The notes under the pieces are model-generated. The model searched no databases, had not been told where the DNA came from, and saw only the letters and a program-made list of their open reading frames with translations. A stretch of DNA of 64,000 bases. It comes from the human T2T-CHM13v2.0 reference genome, Homo sapiens. Positions 14,006 through 36,119 of this stretch are shown in pieces. Each line of letters begins with the position of its first letter. Position 1 is the stretch's first letter. The DNA is taken from NCBI RefSeq assembly GCF_009914755.1, contig NC_060927.1, one strand, 5' to 3'. A program made the translations under genes and the position numbers.

Positions 14006-15384
14006 TAAACCCATTTTAATGAAAGCTCTGTCATTTCATGAGATCTAATTTTCCCATCTCTGATAAATATTACTTTTCAATTCTTCCTGTTCTTGGCTAC
14101 CAAAATAAAATTTTGGGTCTAAAACTATGAAATTCTTATTTGTATGCAATCTGTATTTGCATACATTTCCAAATAGCATTTTAAAATAATCATTTTAGAT
14201 CCACCTATATGAGGTAAACAAAATAATCTCAGATACCTTAGCTTCTCCCCCCGCTCCTGTTCTTATTTCCATGACTCTTTCCTTTAAAAGAATGTAGTTA
14301 TCCTTTCTAGCTCACTAACCTCTTTCCTTTCTCTCTATTCTATCACTATACTGATAATATGCCCACTGATGCCTGCTAATCATTATGTCAAGTTTTGCAG
14401 TTAGGATGACTGAGGAATGCAGACAGGAATAGATATTGAATAAGATGATTACTATTGCTTGAACACTTTATGGATTAGGAAGACCACAGATGTGGATCAG
14501 ATGTGACTAGGATAATAATAGAAAGAAAGATTGAGCATGCAGATTATGGCAAGAACAGAGATCAGCAAATCAGATTTATTGATGGGGACTATATAATAGG
14601 AAAATTTCAATCATACAAAACTACCTCTTGTCCCTAAATTCTAACCTCAAATATCAAGGATGAAAACCCATTATGCAAATAAATAGTATATTCATTTCTT
14701 TAAACTGTCATTTTCTTGGTTTCAAGGTTAGCCTCAGGACATAAGGGAAAACAAAAAGCTACAAAAAAGCTGAATGTGGGGAGATGTAAATTTAAATTAT
14801 ATCTCATTCTACATGTGTTTTTCAGCGATAAATAATATTTAAATATTTTCTGCATTAAGCAAGAAATAATAATTTGCATTTAAGTCAGATTAAAATCTTT
14901 TTAGTATTTTCGATCACTTCGAGGTATAAAATGGAGAGAAAAAGTATTAAGACATGCTATTGATCTGGACCATGTCCGTTCTATTATTATAACAACATCA
15001 ACACTCAAATTAATGGCAGCAAGCCCAAGTTAATTGTTTTTGAGACGTCATGAGCCTATATCTTTTCGAATACCACTAATAGCAAAATAACTTTAAGAGG
15101 AACAGCCAAAAGAAGAGAAACCCACAAAGGCAAATGACCAAGAGTCATATAACATAGACATGCAGGAATAATAGTATTCAAAACAGAAAGGAAAATGGGC
15201 AGATTCAAAAAAGTTATTTAACCACTGAAAATGTAAATGTTATATGACTCTATCTTTTGTTGATTTTTTATTTTGAAAATTTGCATAGTGATTGAAAATC
15301 AGTTACTTAAAGTATTTTGACATTCTACATCATTTTGTAAAGTTATCTTACCCTTGTATGGGCATTAAAGAGTTACATATTTAA

Positions 15385-17282
15385 TGTCGTCTTCTCAGTC
15401 TGGGCTTCTTGGGAAAAAATTTGCAGATATTTGAGAGGACTTAGGTATTGTAATCTAAGCTGTATCTTCTCTAGGGGATGACCCCAAATCTGGTAGCACT
15501 GTGGTTCTTGCAGACTCTTAGAGGTACTGACTTGATGGTCTTGGACAAGATCCAGAATGCTCTGGATTACTGGGAAGAGACTTTTGTACTCTTTATTTAC
15601 TTTCTCCCAAACAAACAGTCTCTCTATGGTCTCTGAGCCACCGGGAGCTGGGGGTGAAATGACACAAAAACCCCTATGGCCACCACCCCTAGGACTGTGC
15701 TGGATCAGAACTGAAGCCAATTTGGCACTTGGTCTGGCCAAAAGCCTGCTATCTCTCCCTGGCTACCACTTATGTTCACTCAAAGCCACAGGGCTCTAAA
15801 ATCAGCAGGTGACAAGGGCAACCAGGCCTATGTCATTCCCTTAAGGGCAGTGAGTTCCCCCAGGCTCTGAGCAGAGGTAGTAAAAAACTTCAGAAGTTTC
15901 ACCTGGTATTCTATTGTACTGTGGCCGAGTTGGCACTCAAACCACAAGACACAGTCCTTCCCACTATTCTCTCCCATTTCCAAAGACAGAGAAGCCTTAC
16001 CTGGTAGCCACCACCACCACCACCACCAATGTTTCCTTAAAGCCCAAGGGCTCTTAAGTCAGCTGTTGTGAATGCTGTCTGGCCTGGGACTCACTCTTCA
16101 GGGAAGCTGGCTCCCTTCTGGCCCAAGACAGATCCAGAAATGCCAAGAAAGAGCCAAGTTCTGGAATTGGGGACCCCAAGAGCCCAGTTGGTGCTCTATC
16201 CCCCCATGGCTGAGCTGGTACCTAACTGCAAGACAAAGTCCCCTTTACTATTCCCTTCACTTTTCTGAAGTGGAAGCAGTCTCACCCTACAGTCACCACA
16301 GCTGGGAATGTGCTGAGTCTCACCTGAGGCCAGCGAGTCTCAGTGTCTCACCTAAGGCCATTGACGTAGTACCTGGGTATCACTGCTAGTTATTTAGGGC
16401 CCAAGGGCTCTTCAGATAGCAGGTGATGAATCTTTCCAAGACTGAGTCCTTCCCTTCAAGGCAACAGAATTGCTTCTGGACAAGGGTGTGACTAGAAATT
16501 TCTGGAAGCTAGGACCTAGAAATGCGGCCTCATAACTCTAACCAATATCCTATGCTGCAGCTGAGGTGGCTTCCAAACTGCAAGACAAAGTCTTCCCTGC
16601 TCCTCTTTCTCCTCTTCTCAAGTGGAATGAAGGGGTCTCTTCTGTAGCTACAGCTTTGTAACCTGGGGTTGGGAGGAATGATACCACCACTCCCTTAGCC
16701 ACCCCAGCTGGGGTCTCAGTAGGTCGCATCCTTCGTCAGTCCACTGTCTCTGGGCCCAGTTCAGTCATAGGGCTCACCTAGGTGTTGCAGTCCTTGTGGC
16801 CTAGAGTACCTTTCAAGGTTTTTTTGAGCCCTAAAGCCCTTTAGCCCAATGGCAAGGCTTGCAGAAACTCAAGTTCCCACCACTGGGATCAGCAATTCCC
16901 CTCTGGCTAGGGCTGGTTTAAATGTACCTGCTGTGGGTAAGCATCAGATGAGATTGGGCTAATTTGCTTTCTGCTATAAAAAGGGTTGCACTGAGTTCAA
17001 TGCTTCATAATTGCTGGCTCTCCCTCTCCCCATGCTCTCCACACCAAGCTGCTGCTGCCAGGAATGGGAAATTAGTGGTGTTGGCCATTCGGAATTGTTT
17101 CTCCTACCTTTTCAGTGCCTCTTTCAGAGAAATAAAGTTAAATCCAGGTACTGTGAGTGCTCGCCTGGTTTTTGGTTCTTAAGAAGGTGCTTAATGCATG
17201 TAGATTATTGTTAATTGGTGTCCTTGTGGGAAGGGGTGACAACTGGTGGAGCCTTCTATTCTGCCATGTTACCCCACCTCTC
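15385..17282 (-). mobile_element. Orphan 5' region (UTR) of an old L1 (L1M1/L1M2/L1MA-type)
   Basis: GC-richer block with recurring L1M 5'-end motifs (gcccaagggctctt, tgcaagacaaagtc, ttcccctctggctagggctggtttaaatg) and terminal ttctattctgccatgtt. Confidence 0.7.
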
Positions 17283-18406
17283 TCAAATTATCTTGCTCTT
17301 GAAGAAAAAAAATACATAAGAAATTAAGTACCATGAAAATGATTTCAAGAAATAAAAACTTTGAAATTATAATAATGTGTTGGAAGAGTTATGATAATAA
17401 AATTTTTAAGTAAAGTAAAACACCCAGTATTATGTAATAAAAATGGTTTCCAGTGAAGGAGAAAAAAAAAAAGTGAGTTAACATTTCTAAACTTTTATAT
17501 AAAACACTGTGCTGTAATGTTTTCTCATTATTTTACTTTATCCTCAAAAAAATAAAAAAAAAACACATGAATGGAGCAATTATTCTACAGTTGCAGGTGG
17601 AGAAGAGGAAGTTTAATGTCCACATTCAGCTGAAGAGCCAGAGGTTTCTATCTCCAAAGACCATACTCTTTGCATTAAAGCATTAATAACTTTGAAGTTT
17701 AGACTATCATATATTTTAAATAATAAAATCATGCACAATGTCAGCATTAACAAGCACCTTAGAACTATCTGAAGTACCGGGCTGAAGTCCCAGAGTTCAT
17801 GAGGTCATTTTTATTTACAAGGATACATTATCTTCACTGTGAGAGTGTACATGCAGAAAGCACATGTCATAATAGAGACTAGTTTCTGATGAGGGATTTT
17901 GTCAAGTAAGACATATTTCATTTATTTCTCGACCATAGAGACTGGAGACATGGAAAGGAATTTGCAGTTTTTTAATTAATCAAACACAATTATGAGTGCA
18001 TATCCAGAGGTATTTGTATAGCCTAAATATATCTAAGACTCTCACCCATCTCTAGAAATTTTAATATAAGCTATATTTAGATAAGCTTAAATACAAGTTA
18101 TAATTTTTAAAAATATATGGATTATTTCTAAGGAGTGGATGTATAACCATGGCATATTTTAAGATTTCTTATGGTCAGTTGTTCTTTCACTCTTGTTGTC
18201 TAGAATTGTTTACCCTTTCTCTTTATCCCTAATCATTACCTAAATCTCACAAAGAAATTCTATTCAATTGACACTTATGTAAACAATTAAATATGTTCCA
18301 ACCAATCCATTACTGCTTCCAAGTTAAGTTAAGGATTATGAAGTATTACAATGTCTTCTTGATATATGTCAAATATGAATAATAGGGTAAATGACTTTTT
18401 AAAATG

Positions 18407-18706
<300 letters not shown>

Positions 18707-18764
18707 TTAAATATCTTAATAAATACTATTAAAAATTCTGGACCTTAAAATTAGCATTTCAAAT

Positions 18765-19725
18765 CTGTAGAAAGATATTATTCAACAAATAATGTTGGAA
18801 AAACTGGGAGGTTTTGGAGAAACAAATAATGTTGGATTTTACATCACCAAAATAAATCCTAGATGAATTAAAAGTTTTAACATTAAAAAATAAAACTATA
18901 AAAGTACTAGAAGAAAACTAAAGAAACTATTTTATTCATTCTCTTTTTTTTAAAGCAAACACTGAATAGGAATCTTATCTAAATATGTTTAAAGCTCAGA
19001 AGCTATAGAGAGAAAATTCTGACAAATTAAATACATAGAAATGTAAATGGTCTTTTTTGGTTCAAAACATCTTAAACAATGAGAAATTTAAATGATAAGT
19101 TGAGAGCATTTTGATAATATTTATCAAATGCCAAAGTTTACATTCTAGAATTAACATAAACTCCTACAAATCAATAATAAATAGACCAATGGTCTAATTT
19201 TTAAAATGGCAAATTATATGAACTGACATTACCCAGAAAAAAATATTAGAAAGTGAACAGACTAAGATACATAAATAATAAGAGATATAAAAATTAAAGC
19301 CATCAGATCATGTTTCACTCTTGAGCAATAAAGTGATTGGATAAACTGTAGTGGAGAGTGTATGGAAAACAGCCCTTCTCATATGTGCATCTGGGTAGGA
19401 AATTGCTGTCAAGTTGGTGAATGGCACATCCATTAAAATTTAAAAATATATATGTTTGTTGACCCAGAAATCCCACCCATAGGTCTTCTTTCTACGTACA
19501 TAATTGCATACATTAAAATGTTATCTACTCACTGCAGTTTTGTTTATAACAGCAAAAATTAGAAAGAATTTGTAAGTTCATTACTTTGTGACTAGTTACA
19601 TTATAGCACATATATAAAACAGAATATTATAAAATAAATTAGAAAAATGATGGATATGTAGTAGCTTATATGACCTCTAAGAGAAAAAAGTTAGAAGCAA
19701 CATAGTGTGCATAGTATATATCATT
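18765..19725 (+). mobile_element. Ancient L1ME-like 3' fragment
   Basis: Degenerate ORF2 3' motifs (ttattcaacaaataatgttggaaaaactgg, aaactataaaagtactagaagaaaac, tgacccagaaatccca). Confidence 0.65.
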
Positions 19726-19729
19726 TAGG

Positions 19730-19940
19730 TTACATATATCATTAATGTTATATATGTAACATACATACATATATGTCTGTAAATGTATAATGATCTCTGT
19801 ATATATGTATGTAAATGTGTAGATACATATGTTTGTAAATATATAAATGGTCTACACATATACATTACATATAACATATATATGTGTGTATATATGTGTG
19901 TGTGTGTGTATATATAAATATGTGTCTGTAAATGTATAGA
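19730..19940. repeat. (TA)n/(TG)n low-complexity tract
   Basis: Alternating purine-pyrimidine tatatgtatg repeats. Confidence 0.85.
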
Positions 19941-20204
19941 TGGTCTCTGGGAAGGTACTAACAATGCTAATTGTCTCCTGGGAAAGAACAAGACATCTGT
20001 AATGTTTGAATTATGCATCATGTACATGTTATTAAATTTGAAAATCTATTACACATGCACACACACAATATGTATATATATCAACACACACACAATACAT
20101 AGGTATTTATATCCACACACACAAACGCACACATACAGTCATTGTCTCCAGGGCCTTCTCCTTCTCACTACTGCTGAACTTCATGAGGCATTCACTTTGG
20201 TAGG

Positions 20205-20520
20205 CTGCTTAGTGCAAAAGAACTAAAATCAGAATGAGCTCTGTACACAAGTCTCACTTTTGACATTCATTGATCATATAATCTTGAGCAAGTTCTTACT
20301 CCAGTATTTCTTGGCTTTGTATCCCTAACAAGTTGCTTAATTCATCTATGCTTCAGTTTTGAAATTTATAACATGAGGATAATACTAGTGCCTATCCCCT
20401 AGCAGTGCCAATGAAAACACTGAGGCTCAGAAAGATTAAACTTTTGTTTCAAGACATACACTCTGTTATAGACAGAAAAGACTAGATCTGTTATTTGATT
20501 TTATAACCTATTCACATTAC
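20205..20520. mobile_element. MIR fragments (one plus, one minus)
   Basis: caagttgcttaattcatctatgcttcagtttt...atgaggataata, then aacactgaggctcagaaagattaa. Confidence 0.5.
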
Positions 20521-20946
20521 AGAGTACATTCTCAAACAGAATTTCCTTGATAGCATTGTCAAGGGACAAATACACACAAACATTTACTTAAATTGTCTGA
20601 ACATGAACTTTGTAGTCATTACATAACTTAAGAGTTTTAAATACATTGGGGAATTTTCACTATGTTGACTTTAGAGTTTCTTATTAACCTTTCATTGTCT
20701 TACAGCTGTAAAAGCTGAAATATCTTATTGCTCATTTTCATAATACACCTTTCCTGTCTCTCTTTTTAAAGAGTAGTATTGAGCAAAATAATTTAAACAT
20801 TAAAATAATGAGGATTTAATTTTTGTCTTTGATTCTTGAGAGGGAGGGTAGGAGTTAAGCTTCAGAATGAATAAAGGTAAATGGCAAAACACAGATTAGA
20901 AATAATTTCAACATGTATGTTAGTTTTGGTTAAGAGCATATGTTCT

Positions 20947-21304
<358 letters not shown>

Positions 21305-21306
21305 TT

Positions 21307-27412
<6,106 letters not shown>

Positions 27413-28404
27413 CTATGCTGTCTTTGATTTCAAATTGTTTTTGGAATGTTGGAAATATTTATTTACCCAAAATTAAACAGTACTATTAATACTGTATGAA
27501 AAGTATAATCTTTCGAATTACTCTAGTTGGAGACACTGGCAAGTCAGTCACTTTGACTAAGAAAAAGGATGCTAATTAATAAAAATGATTTTTTAAGAAC
27601 TCATATTTAGAGTACCAGTATATAACACAACCAATGCCAAACCCAAATTCAAGGCTGTTAAATAATTTTGCTGTTTAAAATTTTCTCTTTCATTATGACA
27701 TTTTCCCTTACTGTCATCCCACTCAATTAGTAAGTTTATCGGTCACTTTATACTTTATTCCTACTATCCAAAAAATCAGCCATATTTACATACAGATAAA
27801 CATTAATAAGAAATCATAGTTATTTTATGTAAAGTTATTTGAATAAAGAGAAGAAATTAGAGGGAATAGATGGCAGGGTTCTATACATATAATTACTGAA
27901 ATATAGATTGAAAGCCTCCTCAATATATAAAGAAACATAATAGCATTATTAAAGACTACAGTAGAAAAAAACTCTTAGAAAGAGCAGTTGTAGTGAACTG
28001 TAGAAAGAATTATTTCTGTTCAGGTAAAAGATATTTAAAATAAAAGATTACGAAATGAAATGACACTACAGAATGCCTGATAGACATTTATTCGAGGACA
28101 AAATAAATCATCCAAATACATTTCTTACTTCCAAGTATTGCACAGAATTGGGAAGCATACAGTTTTTAAAAAAATCAAGATCTACTGAGCATTCTTGGTC
28201 ATCAAGTTGGAACATGTTTGTAACTACTGAACCTATACAATAGTTGACAATACCAATAGGTGAAGAATATCTAATTGTATTAATGCAATTGGTGTTATTT
28301 TATTTGTTAAGCAAATATAAATGAAATGAAACCATGAATTACAGGATTGTTAGTGGTGTGTTCTAGTTTTAATATGCTTTTTAGGAAAAATATGAATTTT
28401 GTGA

Positions 28405-28779
<375 letters not shown>

Positions 28780-28806
28780 AATATCTTTAATATTCTAAAT
28801 GATTGT

Positions 28807-29177
<371 letters not shown>

Positions 29178-29877
29178 TCATATTGGCAAAAGTACTCATA
29201 TTTTCTCCAAATATAAGATAAAAGAAAGGCATGCTGACTGATTTATAAATATGCTCATTACAATAGTCTTTATCTCCTTTTCCAGAATTTTTAGAACTTT
29301 TATATATTCTTCAAGATTAGAATAACTATGATATAATTATTGGATGTTATACTTTTAAGTATAATATCTTCAAATGTGGAGTTTCAACTCAGCATTGAAA
29401 GAAAGGTATGTAAAAGCCTCATGGAAAATAATTTGTTTACACCAAACTAAGCAATCAGATATGAAGACATTCATAAATATCAAAATAGTTAAGCCACTAG
29501 AAGTTGTCAGCAGGTGTCCAAAGCCATTCTCTGAGGCTTTCTGCTACTATGGTGGTTTTACATCAAACAGATAATTATTTCCAATTTCTAAAAGACTAAG
29601 ATATTTTCTCAAAACATTAATATGTGCCAATTATTTCATTATTAGATCTTTATAGAGACAAAACCCATCCAAAGATATATATACTTAAAAAGGGTACATT
29701 TTATTTCATGTAAGTTATACTGTAAATAAAGTTGAATTTAAAAAGTTTGTAGATTCTGCAGATGTACTGTGAATAACAGCCATAGTTGGTGTCCAGAGTT
29801 ATAAACTTCTCCCTAATTAAGCTGTGAAGCCTTTTACAAACATGTCTTTACCAAGCTAATATATTATTAATGCAGTT

Positions 29878-30028
29878 TCAGTGTTTACTAGACTTACCTG
29901 TTCATAAGAAGGCCTGTATACTTGTTAAACATGGAGATTTAAGGGCACACTTAAGATCAACTGAATCTGCATGTTTTATCAACTATCTCAGGTGATTGCT
30001 AGCACAAGCACATTTGAGAAACAGTACT
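29878..30028. mobile_element. MER5-like hAT MITE
   Basis: cagtgtttactagact...ctcaggtgatt...tttgagaaacagt end motifs. Confidence 0.5.
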
Positions 30029-30584
30029 TTTCTTTCTCTCAACCCTAATACAAGTAATTTTTTACTCAGTTTTCTTCCAGCTTGAATTTCTATCAGTCTT
30101 TGAATTTTCCAAACCTTTTTGGATCTCTGCTTTCTATAATTCCAGATATTACAATATGCATTGCTAACATCTTTATCATGATTTTTTTTAAAAAGAATAA
30201 ATACAGGGAAAGACCAAATAATGAGTATTTTGGTTCGTTACATCAGGTAATGGAGTGAAAGAAATGAAAAATATGGCATTGGCACTTCCAATGTCACCTT
30301 CCTAAGCTTACATAGCAATAAAGCTAGTATTCCTATCATTCTACTTATGATGGAATTTGCCAAAAATAAAAACAAAGAAAATATTTCAAGCATTTTGAAG
30401 GTGAGCTAATATCTTTGAAACAAAACAGGAGCACACAATATCCCCAAACAGTGCTGCATTATTTCATTAATCACTGGAAAAAGCAAACTTTCAAATTTGA
30501 AAAAAAATAATAATAATTTTAGAATGCCAAGCAATTACCTGAGTTCGAAGGATTGCATTATAATACTCAATTGTTTTATTATAA

Positions 30585-30895
<311 letters not shown>

Positions 30896-31124
30896 CAATA
30901 CATTTATTATTAAACACCATATTCTCAGTAAGTTTTAACTAATTATTTCTGTCATCTTCAGAAATTCTAAATTATTGAATGATTTTGATTATGGTTACAG
31001 AGAGTTGTCCGAACTGATTGCAAATGCTGACAAAACCCTGAAATTTCTGGTACTTCGGTAGGCATTACCAGAGAAGCAGCCACCTAGTTTGTTAGCAGAA
31101 AGCTTATTTACATTTTACTCAAAT

Positions 31125-31295
31125 AAATGTCCTTAAAGAAGCTACATTGGAATCACCTGAAATGCTCATCAAAAAGAGACTTCTGAGCTCAGCCCAAGAA
31201 ATAATAAATCTAAATCTTAAAGGCAGTGGCCCAAGAATTTCTATTTTAACTAGGTCCCTGGGAAATTCATATATAAAACAGATTGAGTAATTCTT
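31125..31295. mobile_element. MER5-like hAT MITE
   Basis: acattggaatcacctg...ggcccaagaatttctattttaac motifs. Confidence 0.5.
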
Positions 31296-31564
31296 TGTAT
31301 TTTAAGAACTCTGAAGCTGATCAAGATGGGAGTCTGACACTATCACTGAGGTCACAGTGGCTTTGTCGTAGGCCAGAAGCACAAATAAATCTGTGTGACA
31401 GTTTTATGCTTACTATTTATGAAAGCATATCTCCCAGAGTGAATAATAACACAATCTTTAGAAAAACCTGGCTCAGAAACATCTGACTGACTTTGGGCTA
31501 CTTCTTTATAAAAGGAATTACTAGATTCACAAACTGAAAGAAGCAATATTTTTTTTTCCTCTGA

Positions 31565-31851
<287 letters not shown>

Positions 31852-33356
31852 TAATTTTTAATGTATTTATACACACATACATATATTTCCATCCATGCAC
31901 AAAACAGCTTTTCAAGTTATTCCTTACGGACAAAGAATGAGATGGTATTAAGGTGGAGATAAGGAGATGAGAGTATTACACATGTACAAATAGTGATTTC
32001 AGACTTCTAACACCCTTATCACAGATACCAAAGAAACTGGTAAAACACAGAGGGCATAACTAAGAAGTAACAATACAATTTTTTGTCAAAATATTTTTAT
32101 GTTTAAATCTATGTATAATATTCTGTTTTCTGCCTACCATCTTTATCTCTTTTTCCCCTTCCTTTTCCTGACTCTTGACATGTATCCTACCCTATACACT
32201 CTCCTTATTCTTGTACTTCCTAAACTCTACGTAATATAATCATTTTATTTTCAGGTGAACAGTTTATCAAGTTTTTACAGTATGTACTTTAAATATTTTG
32301 GATGTGAAGATTTGACATAAAATTGATTCCACTTAATAAGCATATTACAAACCACATAATGACAGCATTATCATGAATTTACTTTAAATTGATCTTTGTC
32401 CAGTACACAAATCCTGTGATAATCAATGCCATAAAAATGATTAGATAGCATACACAATTATGGATCAGCTTTTGCTCACGTGAATAGTATCTGCCTTTAT
32501 AAGGCAAATGCATTAATTAAAGCAAAAAAACTCAGAATACAAAATACATCTCTTATGTAAAATATGCATATAACAAATTTACCAGGGAAAATAGAAATAT
32601 TTCATTTATTTATCATTTTTTTCTGATCTTTCTTAAAAAATGGTAAAGAGAAGCAATCTGCACTGGGTTGCATAGAAATAGATGTTCTGTGAAGTCATTT
32701 ATTAAAAAGCAACTTGATTGTCTGAAAGAGCCAATGCATCTCAAAAAAAGATATTTCCAGGAAGTAAAAAGAGGGTCTACCAGAATATTTCAGTGGTGCC
32801 ATTTTAAGATTGGCTAAATAATTTATTAACATGACCCTAATTCTTTCAAAACATTTTGAAAACAAAGTGCTTTCAAAATTGAAAAATCATTTTAGCAAGG
32901 TGAATCCTTCAGATGTAACAGGAAAAGAAAACTTGAAGTGATGCAATTTAAGTTATGACAAAACACTAATTAAAAATTGAGTACATGTTCCAATATGAAT
33001 GCTTCTACCACACATCTAAGATGTAATCTTAGAGAAATTTATATTTTGAGCTACCATTGCTTAGACAACATTATTTATTAAATTGCATTGAATTGTTATT
33101 ATGATATTTATTATACTATTTATTTTTTAATCTTGGATAATGACTTTTAGCTCCATGTTTATTCATATGTTCTGAAGATTATAAAATTACCATTCAAAAA
33201 AGTTTTAGTCTCCAGTTTTAACTTCCATATTTGAGAAGGTTCCCTGACGTCTCAGAAAAGTATATACAAATGCATAAGTAGTCAATATGTATGCATATAC
33301 ATATGTAATGGTTCCACAGTTTATGTAGGTAGATACAATGGGCTACTGGAGAAATT

Positions 33357-33731
33357 TACCTTCTCTTTTTCATATAATGACTTCTTTTCCTTTGATGCCT
33401 AGCACTGGGATTGCTGAATCAAATGGTAGTTCTACTTGCGGTTCTTTAAGGAATCTCCATGCTGTTTTCCATATTGGTTATACTAGTTTACATTCCTACC
33501 AGCAGTGTAGAAGTGTTCCCATTTCTCCACATCCACACCACCATCTATTATTTTTTGATTTTTTAATTGTGACCATTCTTCCAGGAGTAAGGTGGTATCT
33601 TATAGTGGTTTTAATCTGCATTTCCCTGATAATTAGTGATGCTGAACATTTTTTTAATATGTTTGTTGGCAGTTTGTACATCTTCTTTTGAGAATTGCCT
33701 ATTCATGTCCTTTGCCCACTTTTTGATGGGA
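33357..33731 (-). mobile_element. L1PB-like ORF2 3' fragment
   Basis: [24 protein letters not shown] peptide; gggattgctgaatcaaatggtagttctac. Confidence 0.88.
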
Positions 33732-34716
33732 TACATGTAATTTAAATGAATCATATCTTACTAAAACTGAAGAGTGTTTTATCTCATGTGTTGAGTATCT
33801 GGAATTTGTCCTTTCAATTGAATTTTTTTTTTATCTTTGCACTCCAGTGTTCATTGGATTGGTAATCATTTGGTAGTTGATAATGTATTAGTAGGTAAAA
33901 GTTATAGTTACTTAAAACAGGCAAGCTTTGATTTGTGCTAACAGATTATATCACTGTTTAGCAATATTGCATTTTATTTATAATGTACATTGATTGAAAA
34001 TGCATCTGTAAATTTTTATTGAGTAATATTGAATTATTTCTAAATCACATTGCTCTTTTCCCAACTAAATATGAATACATTTATTTTTATTTCATTAAGC
34101 TCAATGGGAAAAATATTAATTTCTCCTTAAGTGCAAAATTACAGAATTACAGAATTGTAGAATTGCATCAATATGTCATGAAGATAAACCAATATTATAC
34201 CTTCTTTCTTGAAATGAACAACAGCTTAAATGGTTTGTCCTACAGTAAAATATCTGCTATATGACTAGCTACCAGATTTCTTAATTCCTTTGGTACTTTT
34301 CATACTCTTCGTACTTCAAGAATTTGAGTACTTGATAACAAAAGCTATGAGTTTCTGGGTTTCAAGATCCATTACAATTCATTTTAGTGCACATATTTTT
34401 TTCTTCTCAGTATAGTAATGTAACATCTCAGTTAGCTTTTTACATATTGATGTTCAGCCCCTTCATATCACAGGGCCATAAGCAACTTACTTTTGGTTGA
34501 CAGAAAAATATCCTAGAAAGGGGCAGTCTGGCAAGACAAAAAGACTTTTAGACAATAGCCACTCTACTATGGTCAAATACCACAGGGAAAAAAAAAAAAA
34601 TGTGGTTTCATGCCCGCCCACATTAGTTAAGTCCCAGTGAAGAACATAAACTTAAAACCTCACAAATGTGTAAAAAAGTGCCTCTACACTTCTGATTTGC
34701 ATATCATGGGAATAAA

Positions 34717-34824
34717 GCAGGTCCAAGTGATAATCAAGTCAAAGAAGTGACTATGCATATGAGTTGTGAATGTTTGGAGCAGAGGACTCCTAAAAATTCT
34801 AAAGCGAAGGTGCCAGAAAAGGCA
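34717..34824. repeat. 108-bp inverted copy of 36120-36227
   Basis: Manual ungapped alignment to the reverse complement of 36120-36227: 94/108 identical. Confidence 0.92.
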
Positions 34825-34847
34825 GAAAGGTTTAGAGGCACTCTTTC

Positions 34848-35690
34848 ATAAGTCAAGGAAGGAGTTCCAATGGAAACTTTGAAAATACATTGATCTGACT
34901 GAAAATAAGAGTACAACATACCAAATTTGAGGAATACAGATAAAACAGTGCTGAGAGGGAAATCTATAGCATTAAATGCTATTAGAAAAGAGGAAAAGTC
35001 TGAAATTAATCATCTAAGTTCTCAGCTCAAGAACCTGGAAGAAGATTAATATAAAACCAAAGGAAAAGGAAGGAAGAACTTAGTAAAGATAAGGGCAGAA
35101 TTAAACTAAATTAAACTGAAAGAAACTGAAATTAAACTGAAAATAGAAATAGCAATACAGAAAAATCAATGAAATAAAGAGCTGGTTCTTTGAAAGGATC
35201 AATAAAATTGACAAACCTCTAGCAAAACTGGCAAAAAAAATCGAGAGAAAACACAAAAATTATCAACATCAGGGATGAAACAGGATATGACTATAGAACC
35301 TGCAGACATCAAGAGAATAACAATAAAATATTATGAACAACTTTACACACATAAACTATGTATTACACACATAGACAACATGGAAGAAATAGGCCGATTA
35401 CTCAATAAACACAAACTACTGCAATTTATCCAATATGAAATAGGCAATTTTAATAGCCCTATAACTGTTAAATAAATAGAGTTTACAATTTTAAAAATTT
35501 CATAAAAATATATCCAGACCCAGATGATTTTACTGGAGAATTCAATGAAATGTTTAAAAAAGAATTAACAGCAATTCAACAAAATTTCATGCAGAAAAAG
35601 AGAGGAGAGAACACTTCCTGATTCATTTTATAAAGGTAATATTACCCTGATACTGAAATCAGACAAAGACAGTTGAAAACATAGACTACA
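34848..35690 (+). mobile_element. L1M (MB/MC-like) internal ORF2 fragment
   Basis: cagtgctgagagggaaatctatagcattaaatgc, gctggttctttgaaaggatcaataaaattgacaaacctctagc. Confidence 0.85.
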
Positions 35691-35694
35691 TATT

Positions 35695-35815
35695 TGATAC
35701 AGCGTACACTGTTCAGGTGACAGGTTCACCAGCATCTCAGGAATCACCTCTAAAGAACTTATCCACGTAACCCATAACAACCTGTACCCGCAAACTACAG
35801 AAATTAAAATAAATT
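35695..35815 (+). mobile_element. Short L1PB-like 3' end
   Basis: gtacactgttcaggtgacagg...aatcacctctaaagaacttatccacgtaacc...gaaattaaaataaa. Confidence 0.75.
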
Positions 35816-36119
35816 ACATGTATACAAGTACTTAGCTACTTATGTTTATATAGGTTTAACTTTGTTACTCATTTGCAATGTGACCTTTGATTATCTACAT
35901 TTTCTTCATGTCAGTTGTAAAATTATGACAGTTCAACAAATCTATCTCAAATATCGGTTCCAGTTTTAAAGCTTTATGATTTTATGATTCAGATCTACAT
36001 AGTATTACTTAGTTATTCGTCATAAAATATCAAAGGTGAAACTCCATCACTGAAAGAATGTGTTATTCTTCTTTATCACAGCCAAACCCAGTTGAACTTA
36101 CCACATCACTTCACTTTAA

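Noticed and set aside
14141-14165. 9-bp inverted repeat overlapping an ATTTGCAT octamer
   Set aside because: Short palindromes and single motifs are expected by chance in 64 kb of AT-rich DNA; the same applies to hairpins at 42974-42998, about 48791-48828 and about 58177-58198.
19725-20226. ORFs rich in Y/I/H/T
   Set aside because: Translation artefacts of (TA)n/(CA)n simple repeats.
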